From assembly GCA_034110895.1 (NCBI GenBank), contig JAWUYH010000025.1, forward strand, positions 671 to 64,670: a stretch of DNA of 64,000 nucleotides, read 5' to 3'. The notes below the pieces were generated by a model. It was not told where the DNA came from and ran no database searches. It was given only the letters and a program-made list of their open reading frames with translations. This stretch comes from Gammaproteobacteria bacterium. GTDB taxonomy: Bacteria > Pseudomonadota > Gammaproteobacteria > Nitrosococcales > Methylophagaceae. Positions within the stretch are counted from its first letter, which is position 1. Each line of letters begins with the position of its first letter. The translations under genes and the position numbers were made by a program. This document shows positions 48,442 through 57,304 of this stretch, piece after piece.

Positions 48442-48705
48442 ATGCCAAAATATATTATTGAAAGAGAAATACCGGGTGCAGGTAACTGGACGCAAGAGGA
48501 TATCGCCGGAATTACAGAAAAATCATGTTCAATCCTAAAAGACATGGGTCCAGAAATAGAATGGCTTCATAGTTATGTGACAGATGATAAAGTTTATTGT
48601 CTATACAATGCTGTCAATGAGCAAGCCGTTATGGATCATGCAACGGAAGGTGGTTTCCCCGCTAATAAAATCACTGAAGTAAAAAATATGCTTAACCCTC
48701 AATAA
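48442..48705 (+). CDS. DUF4242-like small protein
   Basis: MPKYIIEREIPGAGNWTQED...VYCLY.A...AV..HA..GGFPA resembles the DUF4242 family. Start ATG 48442 preferred to 48382. Confidence 0.55.
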   Translation: MPKYIIEREIPGAGNWTQEDIAGITEKSCSILKDMGPEIEWLHSYVTDDKVYCLYNAVNEQAVMDHATEGGFPANKITEVKNMLNPQ

Positions 48706-48739
48706 CGGTTTAAATTTAGCCCAGATTAGAATAATTATA

Positions 48740-49807
48740 ATGCTTAAAACAAGTTTTACTAAATTGGTCGGTATTCAATGGCCAATTGTGCAAGCACCGA
48801 TGATTGGTGGCTATAGCAGTCCTGAAATGGTTGCTATAGTTTCTAACTTAGGTTGTTTAGGCACACTTGCATTGGGTAATTTGAGTGCAGAGCAAGTCAC
48901 ACAACACTGTCTACAAGCCTTAGCACTGACCGATAAACCTATTGCTGCCAATTTATTTGCACATTCCAATCAAGAGTTCATAAGCGAGACAGATAAGACG
49001 CCAGCAATTAAGGCTCTACAAACTCATTATCAGCAGTTAGATATTGATGACAGTGTACTGTTTAATCAAACCTTAACTGACTTACCTGATTTAGATTCAC
49101 AGGTTGAAGCCATTATTAATACCGCGGTGCCCATTGTCAGCTTCACTTTTGGAATTCCTAATCGCGCTATCGTAAAAAAACTTAAACAACATGGTAAAAT
49201 CGTTATTGCAACGGCAACTACTATTGAAGAAGCCAAACAAATTGAACAAAATGATTTTGACGCGGTGATCTTACAAGGTATCGAAGCAGGTGGTCACCGC
49301 GCTTCCTTTCTTAGCGATGGACATAGCGGTCCAACGTCACAATCATTACTCAAACAAACACAACAAGCCATTTCTATTCCCATCGTCATTACCGGTGGCA
49401 TCATGAATGGTCAGCATATAGCGCAGCACATTAACAATGGTGCTAAAGCTTGTCAGCTTGGTACGGCCTTTTTATTCACTAATGAGTCTAAAATAGAACC
49501 TTTTTATTTGCAAGCATTGTTACAACAACAAAATAAAACCTGTCTTAGTAAGGCTTTTACCGGTAAATATGCACGTATTATTAACAATAAGTTTGCTCAA
49601 CAAATGGTCAATAAGGCTATTGCTGACTTTCCCTATCAAGGACAATTAACATCAAGTCTTCGTAGTAAAGCAACAGCGCTAGCACAGTATGAATACCTTC
49701 CTTTTTGGGCGGGTGAATCATATGCCTTAGGCTGTCTTCAATCGGCCGAAATGCTGACAAAAAAACTAATTAAAGAATTACAGAGCGCAATCAGCACTCA
49801 AAAGTGA
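48740..49807 (+). CDS. Nitronate monooxygenase (2-nitropropane dioxygenase) family FMN enzyme
   Basis: IQWPIVQAPMIGG, LQGIEAGGHRASF, ITGGI motifs of the NMO TIM-barrel family. Confidence 0.8.
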   Translation: MLKTSFTKLVGIQWPIVQAPMIGGYSSPEMVAIVSNLGCLGTLALGNLSAEQVTQHCLQALALTDKPIAANLFAHSNQEFISETDKTPAIKALQTHYQQLDIDDSVLFNQTLTDLPDLDSQVEAIINTAVPIVSFTFGIPNRAIVKKLKQHGKIVIATATTIEEAKQIEQNDFDAVILQGIEAGGHRASFLSDGHSGPTSQSLLKQTQQAISIPIVITGGIMNGQHIAQHINNGAKACQLGTAFLFTNESKIEPFYLQALLQQQNKTCLSKAFTGKYARIINNKFAQQMVNKAIADFPYQGQLTSSLRSKATALAQYEYLPFWAGESYALGCLQSAEMLTKKLIKELQSAISTQK

Positions 49808-49901
49808 TGTCAACACTGTAACGTTGACTTTAACGAGTTACTAATGCAGTGTTAAATCTCTTTTTTAACAGGCCATTACTTTTATATTACTAAGATAAAC
49901 T

Positions 49902-51092
49902 ATGACAGATCTTATATTACATAAGCATGAAAAGTATATTACAGAAGACTTAGGTTATTATTTCTCTGGTAAAAGAGATATCAATAATCAAGTTCGACCC
50001 AGTCAAGATATTTACAGCTTAACGCTTAACTCTCAGCACTTCAATATCGATTATAACGATGGCAAAGTAGGTAATTTGTTTTTCCCAATCCCTGCTTTTT
50101 CAGTTGATCGGATTTATCTAGGAATAAGTTTTCCACTATTTGCCAATAACTGGGGAAGCTCTTTTCTTCGTTACTTATTGACTAGGATAAAACCCAACGG
50201 TTGTATAATATTACCGGTCTACCCTGAAATGCAGGCTTCCGAAAAAAACCTATGGTCTAGAAGTATCTTAGAAGATTCCTTTCTTAGTCGTAGCCGTTGG
50301 AAAGGCACAAGTAATATTTGGGCAGAAAACGACGGTGTTATGTCGATACGAGTCGGTCGGAAATGGCCTGCAATGATTAGAAGCACCGCTAAATATTTGT
50401 TTGCTCAAGGTACTCATATTATTGTACGAAATAGTCTAAAAAACAGTGCGGTTAGTACCAGTGAATCACTTTTTAAGTTGGGTAACATCTATTGGAATAA
50501 TGCCAATAATGCTGCGATTTTAGAAACTATTATTCAAGATCACTTTGGCAGGAAACAAGCCGTGTCCTTGTGTGATTTGGGAGATAGCAATGGCCTTGCA
50601 GCTATAGAATGTCTGCTAAGTGATTATATCAATATAAAGCAGGCGATATGTTTTACCACTGAAAATGAAGACTTGATCGACTATAAATTATTACTAAATA
50701 GTTTTCATCATGAAATCCATAATCGTTATAGTCCTATAAATAGCAGTAAACTTGACACATTAGCATTGTTAGCTAGTTTCGATGTTATATGTATTATTGA
50801 CTGTTTATCCACTTATGATTCACAAACAGATATTGAACAATTATTATTAAAAGCCTGGCAGAAAGTCACTGTTGGAGGTTTGTTGATTATTAAAGATGAA
50901 CAAAATATTAACGATAATATAAAGTCATTATTAGCCTCCTTTGGCAGCATTAACTATTATTCATCAATCGTTGCATCAAAAATAATCGATGACGAACAGA
51001 TTTCACACTATAGCTCAAAGATAGAACAAGAGTTAGTGATTGAAAGCCGTGATAAAAACCAAGCATTCCATATTATTGAGAAGCTGACATAA
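49902..51092 (+). CDS. Hypothetical protein with a class-I SAM-methyltransferase-like C-terminal half
   Basis: VSLCDLGDSNGLAA (motif I-like), FDVICIIDCL, VTVGGLLIIKD (post-II/III-like). The N-terminal half also has RIKPNGCIILPV. Weak, motif-level evidence only. Confidence 0.4.
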   Translation: MTDLILHKHEKYITEDLGYYFSGKRDINNQVRPSQDIYSLTLNSQHFNIDYNDGKVGNLFFPIPAFSVDRIYLGISFPLFANNWGSSFLRYLLTRIKPNGCIILPVYPEMQASEKNLWSRSILEDSFLSRSRWKGTSNIWAENDGVMSIRVGRKWPAMIRSTAKYLFAQGTHIIVRNSLKNSAVSTSESLFKLGNIYWNNANNAAILETIIQDHFGRKQAVSLCDLGDSNGLAAIECLLSDYINIKQAICFTTENEDLIDYKLLLNSFHHEIHNRYSPINSSKLDTLALLASFDVICIIDCLSTYDSQTDIEQLLLKAWQKVTVGGLLIIKDEQNINDNIKSLLASFGSINYYSSIVASKIIDDEQISHYSSKIEQELVIESRDKNQAFHIIEKLT

Positions 51093-51112
51093 GATTGAGA
51101 TGTAAGTTTTAG

Positions 51113-51385
51113 CTACTTGTCACACTCAATCGTCAAATACTCTTTGTAGATGGTTTTTGGATGTTCGCCATAATGCACTATTAGTTCTGAAGACTCTTTA
51201 GAAAGCTCAATGACATCGTAACCATTAGGACACAATTCAGCTGACTTCTGATAACATTTGTCTATACCTGAACTGCAATACATTTTGTAAGCTTGTTGAC
51301 CATTTCCCCCTGTAATTGAAGTCGGCACAATGGCACAGCCGCTGACAATAACAGCAATAAAAAGAGCTGTAATTTTACTTTTCAT
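51113..51385 (-). CDS. Small lipoprotein (90 aa)
   Basis: Lipobox IVSGC-A. Four further Cys residues. Convergent with the preceding gene. Confidence 0.5.
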   Translation of the reverse strand: MKSKITALFIAVIVSGCAIVPTSITGGNGQQAYKMYCSSGIDKCYQKSAELCPNGYDVIELSKESSELIVHYGEHPKTIYKEYLTIECDK

Positions 51386-51788
51386 GGTTTGACTCTTACA
51401 ATTTAAATAAGCAAGTAGTTTACGCTATTAATCCCTGTATTCTCAATAAAATAATAGAGTTGATAAACATTAGATCCTTGCCAAGCTAGGATAAACCTTA
51501 AATACCGGCATGATATAAATATTGTTGCTAGCTACTCATACAACAGCTATTTGTTATAAAAAACTGAGCACTGACTGCTGTAATAAACAGTCAAAATGTA
51601 ATTATCCAACTGAATATGTTATCTTTCTCACCTAAGTCAATGATAGTTTTTTAAGTAGTCTGTTATTATTGATACTAATAATTTTGCCTCGCAAGTGTTT
51701 ATAGATTTAGTGCTGACAACGCTATGATATATTGAGAAAGTTAACTTAAAAAAGTCTTGATTTATATTGATAACAGAAAAGGAATGCA

Positions 51789-52586
51789 ATGTCCTCAATA
51801 AAATTGTCTGAATTGTCCATTTTTTTAGTAGAACCGTCTGCAACACAACGTAAGATAATAGTTTCACATCTAAAAAAAGCAGGTGTTTATAATATAGAGG
51901 GTTTTGCCTCAGGCTCAGATGCCTTAAAAACCATTCGCCAGTATCCGCCAGATCTTGTTATTAGTGCACTTCATCTTCCTGATATGACTGCTGATAAACT
52001 CATTTTGTTGACTCGGGATATTAAAAGTGAAACTCAAGTTCATTTTATGCTGATTTCAAGTGAAACTCGTTTTACTCAACTTGATGATGTTAAACAAGCA
52101 GGCATAGTTGCCATTCTACCAAAACCATTTGATCATAATGATCTCAAAAAAGCGCTGGAGACAACCATTGACTTTATGGAACCTGATGAGCTTCAATTAG
52201 ATCATTATGATGTCAGTGAATTAAGAGTATTAGTTGTAGATGACAGTAGTACCGCCCGTAATCATATTAGCCGTGTTTTAAACAATCTGGGTATTGAGAA
52301 AATCATCAAAGCGATTGATGGGGTAAGTGCTGTTAACATTGTCAAAGAAAATAATTTTGAGCTGATTATTACCGACTTAAATATGCCTAATATGGACGGT
52401 AAACAGCTAGTTGAATATATCCGTAATGATCTCAATAATACGATTACACCTATCATTATGGTGACCAGTGATAATGATGAGGGCCGACTAGATGAAGTGA
52501 GACAAGCAGGCGTGACAGATATTTGTGATAAGCCGTTTGAACCTGAATCAATTCGGCGTTTACTTACTCAAGTTTTTAGTAACTAA
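51789..52586 (+). CDS. Tandem receiver-domain protein (degenerate REC + canonical CheY-like REC)
   Basis: REC2 has VVDDSS, IITDLNMPNMDG and DKPF. REC1 has EPS for DD and ISALHLPDM (Ala at the phospho-acceptor position). Confidence 0.75.
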   Translation: MSSIKLSELSIFLVEPSATQRKIIVSHLKKAGVYNIEGFASGSDALKTIRQYPPDLVISALHLPDMTADKLILLTRDIKSETQVHFMLISSETRFTQLDDVKQAGIVAILPKPFDHNDLKKALETTIDFMEPDELQLDHYDVSELRVLVVDDSSTARNHISRVLNNLGIEKIIKAIDGVSAVNIVKENNFELIITDLNMPNMDGKQLVEYIRNDLNNTITPIIMVTSDNDEGRLDEVRQAGVTDICDKPFEPESIRRLLTQVFSN

Positions 52587-52657
52587 CATAAGAGTTGGTT
52601 GGCTACTTAAGACACAGTTTGACTTTAAAAAATTGTGAAAATAAATAGTAGCAGTGA

Positions 52658-52694
52658 GTCATCAAGCTGTCTGCCAGCTTGATGACTTTATTTT
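52658..52694. terminator. Bidirectional terminator hairpin between convergent genes
   Basis: gtcatcaagctg / cagcttgatgac 12-bp perfect stem, 5-nt loop, T-rich on the plus side and A-rich upstream. Confidence 0.6.
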
Positions 52695-52708
52695 CCTGCT
52701 AAAGTGGC

Positions 52709-53983
52709 CTAACTAACTTTAGCTAAGGCCTGTTCAACATCAGCAATAATATCATCAATATTTTCAATACCTACTGAAATTCTTACTAAATCAGTACTTA
52801 CGCCTGCAGCCGCTAATTCTTTCTCATTTAACTGGCGATGGGTAGTCGATGCAGGGTGACATGCTAGTGATTTAGCATCACCAATATTAACTAGGCGTAA
52901 AATCATCTGCAGTGCATCTATAAATTCTCCGCCTGCTTTTGCACCACCAGTAATACCAAAACTTAATATTCCTGAGGCTTTGCCATCGGTGATTTTTTGA
53001 CAAAGTTTATAATAAGGACTTTTATCTAGTGTGGCATAGTTAACCCATAATATTTTGTCATGGTTTTGCAGGTATTTAGCCAGTTTTTCTGCATTTTCAC
53101 AATGGCGTTCCATACGTAAACCTAAAGTTTCTAAACCTTGCAGTATTTGGAATGAGTTCATTGGTGAAATAGCCGCACCAGTATTACGAAGTGGGGCAAC
53201 ACGACAACGACCAATATAGGCTGCAGGCCCGAGCGCCTCGGTATAGATCACACCATGATAAGAAGGATCAGGTTCATTTAAAACAGGGAATCGTTTTTTA
53301 TTGGCCACCCAGTCGAATTTTCCTGAATCAATAATGACACCACCAATCGATGTGCCATGACCACCAATATATTTGGTGAGTGAATGAATAACGATATCTG
53401 CACCAAACTCAATTGGACGACATAAAAAAGGAGTAGCGACCGTATTATCTACCATTAGAGGTATGCCATGTTTACGAGCAATTTCGGCTAATTTTGCTAT
53501 GTCAACAATATTGCCGGCAGGATTACCAATTGATTCACAAAAAATAGCTTTAGTATTTTCATCAATCGCTGCCTCGAACCCCTCATAATCATCAAATGAG
53601 ATTAGACGAACATCAATACCTTGTCGTGGGAGAGCATGAGCAAATAAATTATAGGTACCACCATAAAGTTGACTTGTACTGACAATATTGTCTCCTACAC
53701 TACAAATACACTGAATTGCATAGGTGATAGCAGCCATGCCTGAGGCAACTGCAAGAGAGGCAATACCACCTTCCATTGCCGCAAGACGTTGCTCCAATAC
53801 ATCGGTAGTAGGATTCATAATGCGAGTATAAATGTTGCCTGGCACTTTCAAATCAAACAGATCTGCACCATGTTGGGTATCATCAAAAGTATATGATGTA
53901 GTTTGATAAATAGGTACAGCCGCAGCCTTTGTAGTTGCTTCTGATTCATAGCCATGATGTAGCGCCAGTGATTCAAGTTTCAT
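52709..53983 (-). CDS. metY: O-acetylhomoserine sulfhydrylase (aminocarboxypropyltransferase), PLP-dependent
   Basis: MKLESLALHHGYE...AVPIYQTTSY.F, NPTTDVLEQRLAAMEGG, PLP-lysine HSLTKYIGGHG. 424 aa. Confidence 0.9.
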   Translation of the reverse strand: MKLESLALHHGYESEATTKAAAVPIYQTTSYTFDDTQHGADLFDLKVPGNIYTRIMNPTTDVLEQRLAAMEGGIASLAVASGMAAITYAIQCICSVGDNIVSTSQLYGGTYNLFAHALPRQGIDVRLISFDDYEGFEAAIDENTKAIFCESIGNPAGNIVDIAKLAEIARKHGIPLMVDNTVATPFLCRPIEFGADIVIHSLTKYIGGHGTSIGGVIIDSGKFDWVANKKRFPVLNEPDPSYHGVIYTEALGPAAYIGRCRVAPLRNTGAAISPMNSFQILQGLETLGLRMERHCENAEKLAKYLQNHDKILWVNYATLDKSPYYKLCQKITDGKASGILSFGITGGAKAGGEFIDALQMILRLVNIGDAKSLACHPASTTHRQLNEKELAAAGVSTDLVRISVGIENIDDIIADVEQALAKVS

Positions 53984-54377
53984 TCTAGTCTCCCTTGTTT
54001 AATTTGTTTATGCACACTCGTGGATAACGATAGGTTTTAAAGTTAATCATTTATAGTATGTTAATCGAGCTTGTATTACCAACTTATTCAAAAAGAAAAA
54101 CAAGTAGCCAAGTAGCCAAGTAGCTTGAGCTTTTATGAAATAAAAACTATTTTATAAAAGATCAATAGGCTAAGCTATTCTAGAAATTAGAATGGGTGTG
54201 ACATAGGGTTAAATAAAATTATTAAACTTAAGGAGTTCTAACTATTTGTTCATGGATTGAACTAACTTAAGGTGGATAACGTAATTCCGATACGACTTGA
54301 TGATCGTGAATTAAATAATGGTGTAACTAGCATTATGTGTTTATTCGTAATTATTGTCATAATATTTAAAGAGTTAC

Positions 54378-56468
54378 ATGAATTCATTGAAATCTAATAG
54401 CCTGCAATGGAAAATAGCAGTTAGTACTTTTATAAGTATTATGCTGGCCTCATTATCGGCTATATTACTGCTTAGTTATTTACTCCATCCTTATCTATCA
54501 CTGTCTAAAGCAGACTTGATTAACTACCTGATTGTAATCTCTATTGGGCTTGTTTTTGTCGCATTATTATTTGCTCTGCGTAGCTCTAAGGGATTAACTC
54601 AATTAGTCCAGAGTCTCGAACACATCACCCTTGCCTTGCCTCTATTGTCATCAAAAAAATACGATGAAGCCAAACTCGCTTTCAGCTTGGCTGACAAAAA
54701 GTCACAACACAAGGAAATAACACAATTACAATTTTCTGTTTTTCAATTAACGTCGCTACTTGAAAAGCTGGATGCCAACGTTCACAACTTATTCATGCTC
54801 AAAAAAGTGAACTTGAAGGTGAGCGAGATTTTATTAAAAACTTATTGAATACGGCTCAACTTATTATTGTGACAACCGATGATGCCTTAAATATAACTAC
54901 CTTTAATCATTATGCTAAAAAAATAACAGGCTTCACCGAAAATGACATGATTGAAACAGACGTATCTCGTTTGTTTCCAGCGGGTAATTGGACTGAAGCA
55001 AAGCCACTGTTTAAAGAACTTTTATTAAACAATATGACTATTGCTCAACAAGATGCTGAAATGATTGATGCTGAAGGTCATATTAAACAGATCTCCTGGT
55101 TACACTGAGAATCATGCTGCTGCTATTCTCAGTGTTGGTCTGGACATAACCTCGAAAAAAGAAGCTGAAAAACGTATTGTATGGATGGCAGAACATGATC
55201 CTTTAACCGATTTAGCTAATCGTCGTAAATTCATGGCAGAGTTCGAAAAATCATTGCAAACATCAATAAGCTATCAACATAACAATGCACTACTTTATCT
55301 TGATTTAGATGAGTTCAAAGATATCAACGATACCAGTGGTCATGGTGCGGGTGATGAGCTTTTACAAGCGGTTGCAGAAACGCTAAAAAAAGTAACTCGA
55401 TATACTGACCTAGTTGCACGATTAGGTGGTGATGAATTTGCAATTTTAATACCTGAAACAGATAATGCTGGCGCTGCTTTCCTGGCCAATAAAATTATTA
55501 CAGAATTAGCTAAAATAAAACTATCTTATGGAGAAATAAAACATAAAATATCTAGTAGTATTGGTATTGTTCACTATCCCTAAACAGATGCTGGTACTCA
55601 TCAATTGATGGGCTTTGCTGATCTTGCTATGTACAAGGCAAAAGCTGATGGCAAAGGTGCTCATCATACTTTTTCAGTTGACGATAAAACCAAAGAATTA
55701 TTAGAGACACATATACTGTGGAAACACAAAATTGAAAAGGCATTAGAAAATTCCCTCTTTGTTTTATATTTTCAACCGATTATAAATACAAATACGATTC
55801 AGCATCATGAAGTGCTGATCAGGATGCGTGACAGTAATACTGGTGAAATAAGTCTACCTGGTAAATTCATCGAAATTGCCGAGGAAACGGGCTTAATACA
55901 TTCAATTGATCACTATGCGGTACAACATAGCATGAAAAAATTAGTAACGCTTCAAGCGCAAAGTATCAACGCGAAATTAGCGATTAATTTATCGGGCGCA
56001 GTTGTTGATAATAAGTTATTACTTCCTTTTCTCAAATGAAGCATTAGTCAATATAATATTAAGCCAAGTAGCCTGATCTTTGAAATAACGGAAACCGCTG
56101 CGGTATCAAATCTTCAACAAGTTAAATTGCTAATGACAGAAATTAAAAAATTAGGCTGTCAGTTTTCATTGGATGAGTTTGGTGTTGGTTTTTCATCATT
56201 TAATTATCTGCGTGAACTACCAGTAGATATTATCAAAATCGATGGGATTTTCATTAAAGACCTTGACAAAAATGCGGATGATCAATTATTTGTTAAAGCC
56301 TTAGTTAATGTAGCAAAAGGCTTAGGTAAAAAGGCCATTGCTGAATATGTAGAGAATAAAGAGGTTTTAGCAATATTGGCATCCTTTGGTGTCGATTATG
56401 CTCAAGGCTATTACATTGGACATCCTGACAGCAAGATGATGAAAGATACTGATTGGTTACCTGCTTAA
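54378..56468 (+). pseudogene. Disrupted membrane-anchored PAS-GGDEF-EAL c-di-GMP protein gene (two frameshifts, two nonsense codons)
   Basis: Five consecutive ORFs together spell TM/coiled-coil, PAS, GGDEF (RLGGDEFAIL) and EAL (HHEVLIR, FEITE, DEFG) parts. In-frame TAA at 55581 and TGA at 56037. Frame changes near 54780-54850 and 55095-55110. Confidence 0.8.
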
Positions 56469-56753
56469 CAGATTCCAGTAATGAGATTGCACAGTGAAAA
56501 AGCTATTGGTAAAGATGATTTGACCGAGATATTGAGCTTGTTGTCAACTGATGTTACCCGCTAATTTTATACTAGCAACAGGCTGTCCATTGCTAATTTT
56601 TGTCAGTAGTTAATTATTGAATTTGACTTACCTAACAATAACATCAATAATTAGCTTTCATCTGATGCTTAGGTGTTTATATTTAAGGAATTAATGCATG
56701 AAAAACATAACAAACAAGCAGAGTATTGATACTGGTATTAAGAGTGACCATAA

Positions 56754-57287
56754 ATGAATTCAATTCTCCGTATGACACTAGCCCTTAGCATTGCAACTGC
56801 AATAACGGGATGTAGCTCACTCAACACTAAACAAACATCTGAATTAAGACAGAGTATCGAAGCCCCTGTTGTAATGGCTGATGCAACTAAAACATCGTTT
56901 TGCATCACACAACCACACGCTGTTTCAGAGCCTAGCCCTATATATACTGCGCCAGCACCTTTTGCCGCTAAATTATATTTCTTATCTGATAAAACGGACT
57001 TTACGGTTGATTCTGAAGCAGAAGCAGCAAAAATTTACCAAGAAATATTAAGTCGAGATCCATCTGAAGTTTCTCTTAGTGGTCACACCGATACAAAAGC
57101 ATCCGATGAATATAACGAGGCACTGTCACGTCGTCGTTCAGAACGTGTTAAACAAGATCTTATCAATGTAGGTCTTGCAGCGGATATTATTTCGACTTCA
57201 TCAGAAGGAGAATATCGACTTTTAGTCGCCACTCCAGATGAAACAGTTGAAGCACTAAATCGCCGCGTCGAAATAAACCTGCGCTAA
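56754..57287 (+). CDS. OmpA-C-like peptidoglycan-associated lipoprotein
   Basis: Lipobox ITGC-S. OmpA-like GHTDTKASDEYNEALSRRRSERV ... NRRVEI. Confidence 0.75.
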   Translation: MNSILRMTLALSIATAITGCSSLNTKQTSELRQSIEAPVVMADATKTSFCITQPHAVSEPSPIYTAPAPFAAKLYFLSDKTDFTVDSEAEAAKIYQEILSRDPSEVSLSGHTDTKASDEYNEALSRRRSERVKQDLINVGLAADIISTSSEGEYRLLVATPDETVEALNRRVEINLR

Positions 57288-57304
57288 CATACGGAGACAA
57301 ACAG

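Noticed and set aside
49809-49870. Possible terminator after the nitronate monooxygenase gene (aacactg...cagtgtt then T-run; inner gtcaac/gttgac hairpin)
   Set aside because: The stems are short (6-7 bp) with a ~28-nt loop. Too weak to call.
56698-56757. 19-codon upstream ORF (MKNITNKQSIDTGIKSDHK*) overlapping the start of the OmpA-like gene
   Set aside because: No RBS or conservation evidence. Could be a chance ORF.
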